Positions 35,341-47,716 of a DNA stretch of 64,000 bases are shown in pieces. This stretch comes from Podarcis erhardii (taxonomy: Eukaryota): assembly GCA_964252035.1 (NCBI GenBank), contig OZ176200.1; one strand, written 5' to 3'. The notes beneath the pieces are model-generated. The model was not told where the DNA came from. It did not search any database and saw nothing but the letters and a program-made list of their open reading frames with translations. The position numbers and the translations under genes are program-made. Within the stretch, counting starts at the first letter, position 1. Each line of letters begins with the position of its first letter.

Positions 35341-35872
35341 GGAGCCGCTCCAGATCTAGGGGCTGCACGCGTTCACGCAAAGGGCGCCCCCTGTTTTAGG
35401 CGGGGAGTGGTCATTGTGCAACCAGACTTGCATAGCTTTAAAAGCAACTTTTGCACAATATTAAAAAGGCCGATTCTTCCTGAATTATACAAGCGGAGTT
35501 AGTCTTACTGTGTATACATTGAATCTGGAAGTCAGTGCAATTATTGTATCCTGAGGGATAAAAAAAGGAACCTTTGGTTGGCTGTTTTGATGTTCAGTTT
35601 AGGATTCTCATTTCTTGTGTTAGTTACAATGAACAAGCCTGAAGGTGGTGATGTTTGACAATAGATGCTGTAGTGGAGAACTATGAATGCATCCCTTTAA
35701 TGTATTGTGTTAATTTACTGTAAAATGCCGTTTTAAGATCATGCTGAAATCTTTTATCTCAGTATAAAAGTACATTCATGTAATTTTAATATACAGAGGA
35801 TGGTTGAACCCTTGAAGTATTTAATCATTTCAGTTAAGGAGATTCGCAAAACAATACAGAAAACCTCAAAGT

Positions 35873-36085
35873 GCCAGTGTGATGTGGTGGTTAAAGTGTT
35901 GGACTAGAACATCAGAGGGCAGGGTTCAAATCCCCAGCTCGGCCATGGGTTCAAATCCCCATCTTGGTCCAAACGTTGCCTCTCAGGTTTTCTGTGGGGA
36001 TTAATTGAGGAGTGGGAAAGCTATGTACATCACATTGAGCTCCTTGGAGGAAATGGTTGAGATATAATTGTAACTAAATAAATAA
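35873..36085 (+). mobile_element. Old tRNA-derived SINE (MIR/L2-tail type) with a duplicated B box
   Basis: Head GCCAGTGTGATGTGGTGGTTAAAGTGTTGGACTAG; GGGTTCAAATCCCCA twice (35922, 35947); (TAAA)n tail. Confidence 0.7.
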
Positions 36086-37611
36086 AATTCAAAGTAAAAC
36101 TGAAGGTTCCTGCTCATGTGCAATCCCAATGAGGTACAAGTTTTTATGTTACTAAAAGCAATGGTAAGAAAACGGTGAACAAGTACACTACACACCCTTA
36201 GCAAAAGTTATAGTTCATCGTTACCTATTAGCTGGCCAGCTATGATTTGTGCTTGACCTCAAACAAGTGTTGCAAACCACCTTCCAAACTGGCTGTCATT
36301 CTGATTTGGGGTAGGGATGGTTGATATTTGAGTGTTGCAACTGAACATTTTAAAAGCCCAACAAGGCTTAACAGCCACAGAGCCTCAGCTGTAGACACTG
36401 GTATTACTGTTTTTAAGCATTTTATCATTTTCACAACTTGTTTTATTAGTATACGACCAAATCACGATGCATTCTCTCAGGTGATAATTTAAGCAAAGGA
36501 CAGACGTGATTTGTAAAAGTCCTTTTTTGTTGTTGAAACATATAGATTGTGCTATGGCATAATAGCAACTGTGATGTTGCACAAAAGCCCCCCCCCCCCC
36601 AATTTAATTGCATAGAAGCATTTGTTAAATGAAAAAAACAATTTATTGTCACTCTTGTTTTTGGTGCCTTATTTTGTTCTTGTGTGTATTATTATTATTT
36701 TTTTAATAGCTAGGGGCCTCACAAGCTGAAAGTGGCCTAGGACACCCTGGGCCTCTGAGAGGGACTGATCCTTTTAAAGAGGCAAACCCCTTGAAGATCT
36801 TCTTTTTGTTATGCTGACTAGTAAGTTTGTTCTCTTACACCCCTTGAAGCACAGGCCTTTCTAATGTGATTTTGTTTGACAGCTAACAGGAAGATGGGCT
36901 TAAATTGCTCTCCAGTGGCTAATTGTCCACATTTCCAAAGCCACAATTTATTTTATTTTTATTTTTTGCATACCTGACACTTTTGTAGTTCCTCAGAGCC
37001 AAGATCAACATTACAAGGGAATGAGTGAGTGTCTCAAGATGACTGAGGTAAATTGGCAGACAGTTTTTTTAAAAAAATAATAATCTGGAGAACTTGCCCA
37101 GCTCTGACTTGCACAATGTCAAATGTGATAAATCTCTCACTTTCAGTTTGCAGGAATGAATCATCGATATTGATTTTTAAGTTCACCTCTTTGGTTTTGA
37201 TCCCACAGGTCACATACGGCTTTTCACATATTTTCATATACGTGCCAGATCTCTAGAGCAATTATTTTCTCCCCTGCAGGTAGTAGAAATCCACCAGCTT
37301 TTACATTTCATCAGGGAGGATGCAGTGCAGTGAGTCAGTGACTCTACAATATTACAACAAAACATTGCCTGTTGGCAAAGAAATGAACACTGCTGGAATG
37401 AGAAGAAGCTGAGAGTTTTGACCCAGTTCAGGAAGCTAAAAGTGGCATAAAATGAGCAAGTTTGACTTGAACATGGCAGTCTCTGTTGTTTTTAAAGTAA
37501 AATGTTGACTTTTTTTAAAGGGAATATCTAATTTAAAAAAATAGTAGCAGAACTGCTAAATTCTTCAGAAATGTGAGACAGCATCAGCCAGTCAGTGCTG
37601 GAAGCCTCTAT

Positions 37612-38050
37612 TAGGGATAGACAAATCTGTCAATTACAATTTCACTTTGTTTCTCTGTTTTCCAACTTTAAGTTCAATTTTCCCCATATCTGCATCAGTT
37701 TGCAATTAGGGGGGAAAGCCGCATGAAAATTTGTTTACATTTTCAAGTATGTCAATATATATACATTTTTGTACACAATTTCTCACAATACATACATTTT
37801 TATAAGCAATTTCCCCTAATATATTTCACTAATATTTGCATGCATCATTTTCATTAATATAAGCATTGTGGTTTTTTCCCCACACACTCCACATATGCTT
37901 TTTTTTTTATTGGCTGGAAAACTCCACCTTGGAGTTCAGAGAGGTGCAGATTTTGAAGGATAGCTGCATTTCAGTTTTGCTGTTGATTTGGGAGCTGCAA
38001 ATTAGGTAGAGTGCTCATTAAAATGTGAACTAAATTTCTCCCCATCCGTA
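37612..38050. mobile_element. Old hAT-like non-autonomous element
   Basis: Termini TAGGGAT...CATCCGTA; flanking 8-mers GCCTCTAT/GGCTATAC (5/8 match, possible decayed TSD). Confidence 0.5.
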
Positions 38051-38349
38051 GGCTATACAGAGCAGGAAACAGTAACTTTGGAATTTAACGTATTAAGTAT
38101 GCATGTACATAGAAGGAGTGGCAGTGAATGCTTCTTTAATGCAGATAAAGAAAAAGCAATCTGTGTTTAGTTGGGCTGCTTTATTGTTTCTCCCTTGTTT
38201 CTGAGGGAACAATGGACTTTATAGTTTGCAAATGTTATCCACAAGAAACCCTTTACATGCAAGTAAAGGAACCATACACCTGCAGCCATTTAGCACTGAA
38301 GAACTTAATCTTCAGCCATGAAGAGGTAACTAAGGAGCCTAGTTTGTGT

Positions 38350-38351
<2 letters not shown>

Positions 38352-38413
<62 letters not shown>

Positions 38414-38415
38414 AC
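38352..38415. repeat. Compound (CT)n(CA)n microsatellite
   Basis: Directly visible. Confidence 0.98.
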
Positions 38416-38852
38416 CCAGTTGTCATGACCAGTGTTTAGGCTATATCACTTCAGAATTAGGATGGGGCTTTCGTAACTAGAATTTATGCAATATTGGGGA
38501 TCCAAGGAAAGGTAGTGGATCAAAATATCATAACGATATTTACCGGTAGTCATCTAAGAAGCATTAATGGTGCTATTGCATTCTGAATTATCATTTCTTG
38601 AGAGAGAGCTTGTTTCTTATTCCAGTTTATGACTGGTGAACAGCATAATGACAATGTTTAGCTAGACACTTTGTATATGTGTGAAGTTTCCTATTACTGT
38701 TCTTTTCTTTCTTGAGAGAGACAATAAAGTAGATGTATAGTGGCCCTCACTTTTATTTGCCCAGAATATGACTTTGCCCACAAAACTCCATTGCCATTCT
38801 TCCAACTATTTTCGTAGGTTAAGTGATTTCCTTTCTGTTTAAGATTTAAGTA

Positions 38853-39104
38853 CAGTGGTACCTTGGTTTACGAACTTAATCCGTTCCAGAAGTCCTTTCT
38901 TAAACCAAAGCGTTCTTAAACCAAGGCATGCTTTCCCATAGCAGCGGGGGACTCAATTTACAAATGGAACGCACTCAACAGGAAGTGAAACATGTTCTGC
39001 TTCCAAGGCAAAGTTCACAAACCAAAACACCTGCTTCCAGGTTTGCAGCATTCTTAATCCAAGTTGTTCATAAACTAAGCTGTTCTTAAACCAAGGTACC
39101 ACTG
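38853..39104. mobile_element. Tigger/pogo-like MITE, family D (TTAAACCAAG repeats)
   Basis: TA-CAGTGGTACCTTGGTTTA ... TAAACCAAGGTACCACTG; the right TA is mutated to GA. Confidence 0.88.
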
Positions 39105-39207
39105 GACTGTTTTGAATACATCGTAGGCCATACAATAAACAATAATCTAAAGCAGGGCTAGCGAATGTGGTGTCCTTGCTATGTTGGCTATCTTTGCGGG
39201 AAAATAT

Positions 39208-39625
39208 TGTTGTTGTTTAGTCGTGTCGGACTGTTCGTGACCCCATGGACCAGAGCACGCCAGGCACTCCTGTCTTCCACTGCCTTCCGCAGTTTGGTCA
39301 GACTCATGTTTGTGGCTTCGAGAACACTGTCCAACCATCTCGTCCTTTGTCATCCCCTTCTCCTTGTGCCCTCAATCTTTCCCAACATCAGGGTCTTTTC
39401 CAGGGAGTCTTCTCTTCTCATGAGGTGGCCAAAGTATTGGAGCCTCAGCTTCGCAGTCTGTCCTTCCAGTGAGCACTCAGGGCTGATTTCCTTAACAATG
39501 GATGCGTTTGATCTTCTTGCAGTCCATGGGACTCTCAAGAGTCTCCTCCAGCACCATAATTCAAAAACATCAATTCTTCGGCGATCAGCCTTCTTTATGG
39601 TCCAGCTCTCACTTCCAGTTCTCAC
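39208..39625 (-). mobile_element. BovB 3' fragment
   Basis: Minus translation SESWTIKKADRRRIDVFELWCWRRLLRVPW...GKIEGTRRRG; (CAA)n tail; 13-bp TSD TGCGGGAAAATAT (39195-39207, 39626-39638). Confidence 0.93.
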
Positions 39626-40652
39626 TGCGGGAAAATATATTGGCGGGAAAGCAGCCAATGTGTGCGAAGATTCCCTGGAGCTTCAAGGCATACCAAAAAA
39701 AGGATATCACTTTTTAAAAAAAGATAAGAATTCAAATACCAACCATAGCCAGAAATGCCTAAGGCTTCAAGAAGAGCTTCTCTTTGGACTGCTCCATCTT
39801 GCCCTTATTCAACATCTTCAGGTTCATTAGGCGTGTCTGACCAAAGCTGTCCCGATCATTCTTTCTCTTCACTGTGAGGTATCATTCCTGTCACAAGCTG
39901 CATTTCTGTAGAGATACTGCAGGTATCGGAAGTGAGTGTTGCCATACAGCAAGGTACATTTCCTCCTGGTTCTGGAACATTCTGTAAATGATGTGATTTT
40001 ATTTGAAAATAGAATCGGGCAAAACAAAGTAATTCAGTTTAAACAGGAGCATGGGACTCTGGATTGATGGGGGGGAGAGAGAATGATATCTTTAAAATAA
40101 AGAACCTTCTTTTGTGTGGACACACAGTATTGTTTTTTTAAAAAGCAGCATCTAAGTGAGCACTGCATTGTGGAAGCACTTAAAATGCACTGTATTATTT
40201 ATCAGATGTGTGTGTGCTTTCTACATGCTCCAGTGATTTTGAAAAAGTCATCTTGTGTGTGTAAAATTACTCTGGCCCGTGACGAGAGCCCTGCGCTCAT
40301 TTCCAATTCAAAATGAATTCACTTGGTTCCCATTGTGGATGCATACCCGTTAAAGGCTGTGGAGGCAGTGCCTTTAGAAACTGCAAACGTTAGAAACTGT
40401 AATCTCATTTTAATTGGGTCGTTTCTGTTTGTGACTGAATATATATTGGTCTTCTTCCTGTTTCACCTGCATTTTCTAGTTAATGCCTTTGCAGCACAAA
40501 AGGGCAGCTTGAGTGATGAGTCTGGCGGGTTACTTGTATGGAAAAAATTGTTAATCAGTCTGGTGACAGTCTGCCAGTGAATCTGCAACAAGGGTTTAGC
40601 TGAACTTTGATTCTTATTTTTTTTATTTTTAAAACTGAACTTTTCCGAAAGA

Positions 40653-40676
40653 GTGTGTGTGTGTGTGTGTGTGTGT
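40653..40676. repeat. (GT)n microsatellite
   Basis: Directly visible. Confidence 0.95.
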
Positions 40677-42454
40677 AATAGCTAAACTATCTCACTTGCT
40701 CGCTATCTGGTGCTTTTCTATCCTGCCCTTTCTCCAATATGGAGTGGAGGGCAGCTGGCAAACCGAGATAAATAAAAGAACTATAAAAGAATAAAACCAC
40801 ATAATAAAACTATGCTAGGATCAAAGTGATAGTCTCTCTAAAGTACTTCAGCTCAAGGACCAAATGAGAAGATATTTGGCTTCCTCTTAAATATCTGTAC
40901 AGTAGCTGACAAGGCAAACATCAATCGGGAGGGACTTCCATGGGTGAGGTGCCACCATTGAGAATGCCCTGCCTTATGCACCCCTGTTCCTCCGCCAGTG
41001 TGTGCCCCTCCATTTTAGCCTTTGATTCGCATTTAAACTATTGGGTAAGGTTGGTTTGCTTTCTCTCTCCCCCTCCACCACCACATTCCCAATGTGGATC
41101 TTTATTTCCCCCTTGTTCCTGATGTATATCTTCACTCACCCATTCCTCCCTGGCAGGGAGGCAGCATTTTGTGGTTCACCTCAGGTTCACCCAGAGTATC
41201 TTGGACCTGTCCTGGTCTTCTCTCACCATTCTTTCCCTTGCCCCAACTTCCTGCATTTCTTCATTCTTTAAACCCATAATTCTACATACACAAAGGCAGC
41301 ACTTTCAGACTTTCCAGTCAGCAATGCTCTGAGCCAATGAGCAATGCTCCCCACATTTACCACATGCATGGAGACAATGCCTCCACAAGGCTATTATTTC
41401 ATATTCATCTCCAGACTTCTGCTTACTCTGAGATGCCCAAATTCTTACCTGACCACTTCCCACAAAAGCAGTTCTTACTGTCGAACTAACTCAGGTCTTA
41501 AACTACACGTTGTGAGGGAGGAGCCACATAATATGACCACACACTGAAACAATTCAACTGATAATTTCAGCAGTGCCCAATTTGAGTTCTGTTTAAATTC
41601 TTTTCATGCTAATGAGCAGAAACACTGCAGCGATATCTGATTATTTAATTGGTTTCTGTAACACAATTGTTTGTGTCTGTACGATGCAAAAAAAAGCACC
41701 CAGAAACACTGTAAATAGTTTTCCTTTGATTTAAAATGATGAGAGGTCTTTAATAATTGATGCCTAGCTTCTGGTGCATGGCTTATCAGTGTTCATGAGG
41801 ACATCTTATCATTCTCAAAACAACATTGTTATCTGATTGATTCTATTGTTACAGAGGTAGCTAGGTAAAACTGCTTGGGTTTTATCAGCATTTTGAATCT
41901 AAAAATGGAATGAAAGTGACATTGGAATTAAAGGAGGGGATTGGAAATCATGATCAAATTATATTTTGCTTGTTTAAAGAGATTTGGTCTGGCTAGAGTC
42001 TTATATTCCACTCATGATCCTAAAGATTTAAAGGTTGAAGCAGAGAGAGCGTTCTGAATATTTAGAAGACTTTCAAAAATATAAATTACATTTGCTCTTG
42101 GATGCCTTTTCAGGTCTCTGGATTATTACCTTTGTATGGATGGAGGCTATGTGACCATTGCATCATAATCAGAAATAAAAAGGTGAAACATTTTCCCTGT
42201 CTGGTGATGTAGTAATAGGAAAAAGCTGCATATCTTGATTTCTTCCTGCCATTCAGCTGCCAGATAGAGACCCAGAATGAGCTAATCTTTACAAATCCTG
42301 ACTCCCAGGGAGTTGTGGGATTACACCCAGATGGATGAAGGGTCAAATGAAACATCTCTGTGTACTGAATTACTTATGGATTCATTTCCAGCACACTAAC
42401 ACCATATTTTCATTTTCATTTTTTCTTATTCTCTGTTACAGATTTGAGTTTAAC

Positions 42455-42495
42455 ATTACTATTACTATTACTATTACTATTACTATTACTATTAC
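42455..42495. repeat. (ATTACT)n hexanucleotide microsatellite
   Basis: Directly visible. Confidence 0.95.
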
Positions 42496-43305
42496 ATTTA
42501 TTAATTAGATAAAATATTTTAAATGGTTTATATTGTGTGTGTGTGTTTATTGTTAAATCACTTCAAGATGCTTCATAGGAAGTAGTTCATAAATGAAGAT
42601 AACTAAATGTAGACCCATTTTCAGTTGGCTGTCTAATCAAAGATTTAAGTAGTTAACTTGAGCCTCTCATTTTTTAAAAAAGCGCTGTCTTTTGTGTACT
42701 ACATACATATACAGTGGTGTATTTATTGTGTCTGCCACCATATATTAGTATAATATGAAGAATTTATGAAATTCTTCCAAGTAGACATTCACATCAGGCT
42801 CAGTTGCTCATCTGAAGGCTCAACTTTCAAAATCTGCCATGGTTATTTTGACTGGTACAGGTATTGCAAGTTTGGTTATAAAACCAAAATCCAGTGCTTA
42901 TCACGCCACATTTTGTTCCACACTGAGATTTGGTTTGCATGAAATGCTAAGCCAAATCATTATTTAGTTGAATGAACCAATGTGCATGTTATTGGAAGGA
43001 ATACCATAGCTGCTATGCTTCCCTGCCCCTGGGTTCTGCTCCAGCTTTGCTACCCAGGACTAAGATATGGTTTGGCTTAGTGTTATGCCTGAATCTTGGG
43101 TTTTGTCTTGCTTCAGATAAATCATGGTCTGTAACCAAGGTTTGTTCTCGGTTTACCATTTGTGATTCGGTAGTATGCCAGACCATGGCTTAGCCCCATT
43201 TAGCATGGTGGCAGCAGAAGAAGGTGATGCTTTCTTGGAGGCCAGATCCAGAAGTCCTGAATTTGAAGGTCTCAGGGTCTGTTCTATTGGAGATGATACA
43301 TAATA

Positions 43306-43309
<4 letters not shown>

Positions 43310-43336
<27 letters not shown>
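43310..43336. repeat. (GT)n microsatellite
   Basis: Directly visible. Confidence 0.95.
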
Positions 43337-43728
43337 ATGCAGTTGAGATCTGCCCATCCCACAAGGCCTATTGGAGATTATGTATTTTGACAAGTAAATG
43401 TGCACCATTACTTCTCCACGGTCAGATTAATTCCCCATTCCCCATGAGGTATGGTGAATGTACACAATGGCCAATTGTTATTCATATTAACTATGCAACT
43501 TGCATTACTCACTCTCAGGGCTATTAAGAAAATTTTATAACTAAACTTTATGACACACCACCAGGTGTTCCATAAACCCAAGTTAAGAGTGAAGGAAAGT
43601 CAGATGCAACTAGAAAAGACAGAGATCTTAAACATGGGAGACATTTGCACATCAGGCAGATGGAGAGCAGGAAACTACAGAGGAGAAACCTAATGGCTTT
43701 CCTCAGCAACATGTTACCTAGAATGAGG

Positions 43729-44637
43729 AAGAAGAGGAGGAGGAGGAGGAGTTTGGACTTGATACCCCACCTTTCACTCTCCTTAAGGAGTCTCAAAGCG
43801 GCTAACCATCTCCTTCCCCTTCCTCCCCCATAACAAACACTCTGTGAGGTGAGTGAGGCTGAGATACTTCAGAGAAGTGTGACTGGCCCAAGGTCACCCA
43901 GCAGCTGCATGTGGAGGAGCAGGTCTTGGTTGACCACAAACTTGACATGAGCCAACAGTGTGACGCGGCAGCTAAAAAAGCCAATGCAATTCTGGGCTGC
44001 ATCAATAGGAGTATAGCATCTAGATCAAGGGAAGTAATAGTGCCACTGTATTCTGCTCTGGTCAGACCTCACCTGGAGTACTGTGTCCAGTTCTGGGCAC
44101 CACAGTTCAAGAAGGACACTGACAAACTGGAACGTATCCAGAGGAGGGCAACCAAAATGGTCAAAGGCCTGAAAACGATGCCTTATGAGGAACAGCTAAG
44201 GGAGCTGGGCATGTTTAGCCTGGAGAAGAAGAGGTTAAGGGGTGATATGATAGCCATGTTCAAATATATAAAAGGATGTCACATAGAGGAGGGAGAAAGG
44301 TTGTTTTCTGCTGCTCCAGAGAAGCGGACACGGAGCAATGGTTCCAAACTACAAGAAAAAAGATTCCACCTAAACATTAGGAAGAACTTCCTGACAATAA
44401 GAGCTGTTCGTCAGTGGAATTTGCTGCCAAGGAGTGTGGTGGAGTCTCCTTCTTTGGAGGTCTTTAAGCAGAGGCTTGACAACCATATGTCAGGAGTGCT
44501 CTGATGGTGTTTCCTGCTTGGCAGGGGGTTGGACTCGATGGCCCTTGTGGTCTCTTCCAACTCTATGATTCTATGATTCTAGGGAAGTGAACCTGGTTCA
44601 CCAGATTATGAGTCCACCACTCTTAACCACTACACCA
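43729..44637 (-). mobile_element. tRNA-derived SINE (MIR/L2-tail type) interrupted by the CR1
   Basis: The head at 44581-44637 (minus TGGTGTAGTGGTTAAGAG...) continues seamlessly into 43729-43920 once the CR1 is removed. (CTT/CCT)n tail. The body is homologous to 45036-45162. Confidence 0.8.
43921..44580 (+). mobile_element. CR1 LINE, 5'-truncated 3' end with open ORF2 C-terminus
   Basis: Peptide [25 protein letters not shown]...[15 protein letters not shown]...RLRGDMI...[10 protein letters not shown], stop at 44502-44504, and a (ATTCTATG)n tail. Confidence 0.95.
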
Positions 44638-45028
44638 TGGTGGCATATTAGACCTTAAAGCTGGATAAGAGGAAGCAGAGTGGGATTGGCTGCTCTCAGT
44701 TAACTGACTCTCTAGCTCAGCAGTTTCTAATGCATGGCCTGAAATGTCTGTTGCTCATTGAATCGGGAGCCAGCGGGTTCTGATTCAGCCCTCTCATACC
44801 TGATGTGCACAGCCTAAGAAACCCTGAGTACTAGGAGACATTTGTATGGGGGACAAATCAGGGAGATGAAATCCACCTCAAAATAGTGGACCTACCCTGA
44901 AGTAAAAAAACAACAACAAGCTTCACATGCTATGGGATGGATGGCATGAGTGTGTGGTGGTTCTTGAATCATTGTGAGGTTGGAGGGTGGCAAGATATTT
45001 AGTGTCTGAGTATGGAATAAGTTACATG

Positions 45029-45162
45029 TGGTGTAGCTTCTCTGAAGTCTCTCAGCCCCACTCACCTCACAGAGTGTTTGTTGTGGGGGAGGAAGGGACA
45101 GGAGAATGTTAGCTGCTTTGAGATTCCTTCGGATATCAAATCCAAACTCCTCTTCTTCTTCT
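45029..45162 (+). mobile_element. Internally deleted copy of the same SINE family
   Basis: CTTCTCTGAAGTCTCTCAGCCCCACTCACCTCACAGAGTGTTTGTT...ATCAAATCCAAACTCCTCTTCTTCTT closely matches the reverse complement of 43740-43880. Confidence 0.75.
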
Positions 45163-45230
45163 CCTCACACACTTTAACAATGGGGAGAGAGGAAAGGGGA
45201 TTTGAAAGGCAGTTAGAAAGTATCAAACTT

Positions 45231-45362
45231 GAGGGTAACCAAAGCTGTGCCCTCCACATATTGTGGGCTAACTTTCAACATCTCTCAGGGTTGGCCATGC
45301 TGGCTATGTGATGGGAGCCTATAGTTCACAACTTTTGAAGGGCAGCTACACTGGCTACCCCT
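45231..45362. mobile_element. Degraded short palindromic hAT-like MITE
   Basis: GAGGGTAACC...GGCTACCCCT termini and a TGCCCTCCACATATTG...GAAGGGCA interior. Confidence 0.45.
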
Positions 45363-46608
45363 ACAATGCTGTGTTACTAGGATGCTACTTTTTAGTAGGA
45401 TGGATGGCACAGAGGAGCTTATTTAATTTCTTATTCATTAGCACCACTAAAATATCTTTTCTTGTTTAGCTCACGGGTGACAACAAATTAGCGAACCTGC
45501 AGTTTTGTTTTTCTTCTAGGTTAACAAAACAGTTATACATTTCAACTGCTGCATAATTGCTCTCTTTTTTGGCCATTGCCTACCAAGATTTCTCACTTCT
45601 CCAGAATTTAGTTTTAATAATAACACATTCATAGTGCTTGTAATATGGTGAAGGATAGCAATTCCTAATGAGACTGCTGTCTGAAGCCTAATTACTTAAA
45701 TCACAATGATAAAACTTATCCTATGTTTATACTGGTGGATCAGGCTTATTTTATGAGGTTCATATTTTCATCCTATTACCTCTTATTTTATATTCACAGG
45801 TTGATGGAGTGGAGGAAAATGAATTTAATTTAAACTTTAAAGTTTAAAGCCTATTTTATGGGCGTATATTTGCCTTCTTTTAACAGGCCTTCCCCAGCAG
45901 CCATATTTTCTATCTCATACTTATGTCTGCCTGAGGGTTAAAAAAAATGTATGTTCCTATTACAAACAGCCTGGCAAAAAATATTTGTGTTAACTATTTC
46001 ATACCTTCCTCCAGATTTGCTAAAACGGAAAAAAAAATCAGGTAGTGTGAAAAGCAATTTTGCTGCCTACACTCAAGGGAGTAGTGGCTTTGAAATGTGT
46101 GGATATTTCTGTCTAAAAGCTGCATGTTGGTATGGTGCTTTGACTGAAGCTGCCAAACTGCTCAAACATGAGAAAAAGAAGTCTGGGCTTTATATGCCAT
46201 GAGGTCCATTAGATTGGATCCAGAGTTAGTCATCCTTAAGCTTACTTAAGTCCCATTGATTTCACTGGGTCTCCTTTAAGGATGACTAGCTTTGGCTCCA
46301 AACCATTGCTTTTTCTGATATGGGAGAGTCCCCAGAGCAAAGAGAGCATCATATTCACAAGTAGATCCACTGGAATGAATTGATGCAACTCATTTAGGTC
46401 TATTGATTTGAATGGGTCTACTCTAACGTAACTAGATAAAACCCTTTGCCTTTATGAAGAGCAAGCCAAAGCTCTAGCACAATATTTAAATAATACATAA
46501 GTACCCTAAGTGTTACATTTAAAATTATATTTTTTAAAAATCTTTTGTTTTTGTCTTTCTGTGCATCATTAAAAGAAAGCTCTTCAAAAAAATACCTCTA
46601 TGCTGACA

Positions 46609-46611
46609 TTT

Positions 46612-46651
<40 letters not shown>

Positions 46652-46653
46652 TT
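46609..46653. repeat. (TTTA)n run, probably the tail of an old minus-strand retroelement
   Basis: Run followed by ATACCTGCCCTT, typical of L2/SINE 3' ends. Confidence 0.85.
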
Positions 46654-47362
46654 ATACCTGCCCTTCCCTCTAGGGTCCTAGGGAAGGTAGCAACATTAAA
46701 ATATAACATTAAAAACAATGTAAAATAACAATATATAACTTCATGAAACAAACACATAAAAAACAAACCCAACCAAGCAGGGCAGTATTATAGCACTTTA
46801 AATAGTCATGACTGTGTGAACTGTAGTCCGTTAAAGGGGCTTAGAATTGTTTGAAGACATCTATTCTCCCCACAGAGCTACAATTCCAGAGTGGTTTAAC
46901 ACTCAATTGGGGAAAGATATGATGAAGTAAACAGTAAAAAAAAGGGGGGCTTTGTTTTTCTATGCTTTCCCCTACCCAATAAACTTAGGGTCCTTCTTTG
47001 GAGGTGACTTTTTCCCAGTCTAATATTTTCTGGGGATTTATTCTGTTTTTCCATACACATCCCTTCCTGTGTGTAAGGCAATGGAGAAAGATTTCTCTTC
47101 CAAAGAAGCTGCATCCTCAAAAATCTGAGCCATGGTACAAGCATAATGTCACCAAGGTACCTTGTGGTAACAGAATTCTTGCTAGAGTGACATTTCCTGG
47201 AGATCCATGATCTCGATCTCTCTCCATCTCTCTTTTACAACAACACCCCCTGCCCTCTATTATTCCTCTTGGACACATTCCCAAATAGTAACGTACTGTG
47301 GCTGAGTTGGAATTCAAAACCTGGACCTTAGCACCTAATTGTGTTAACTCTACTTCCCATGT

Positions 47363-47716
47363 GGGATGCGGGTGGCACTGTGGGTTAAACCACAGAGCCT
47401 AGGACTTGCTGATCAGAAGGTCGGTGGTTTGAATCCCCGCGACAGGGTGAGCTCCCGTTGCTCGGTCCCTGCGCCTGCCAACCTAGCAGTTTGAAAGCAC
47501 GTCAAAGTGCAAGTAGATAAATAGGTACTGCTCTGGCAGGAAAGTAAATCGTGTTTCTGTGCACTGCTCTGGTTTGCCAGAAGTGGCTTAGTCATGCTGG
47601 CCACATGACCCGGAAGCTGTAGGCTGGCTCCCTTAGCCAATAAAGTGAGATGAGCACCGCAACCCCAGACTCGGTCACGACTGGACCTAATGGTCAGGGG
47701 TCCCTTTACCTTTACC
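47363..47716 (+). mobile_element. Sauria SINE
   Basis: Head GGGATGCGGGTGGCACTGTGG, B box GGTTTGAATCC, tail CTTTACCTTTACC, 12-bp TSD TACTTCCCATGT (47351-47362, 47717-47728). Confidence 0.92.

Noticed and set aside
37280-37329. 50-nt exon-like unit (CTCCCCTGCAG| ... |GTGAGT)
   Set aside because: No recognisable peptide and no partner exons to build a gene model.
39165-39830. 221-aa ORF
   Set aside because: Mostly the antisense frame of the BovB fragment running into flank.
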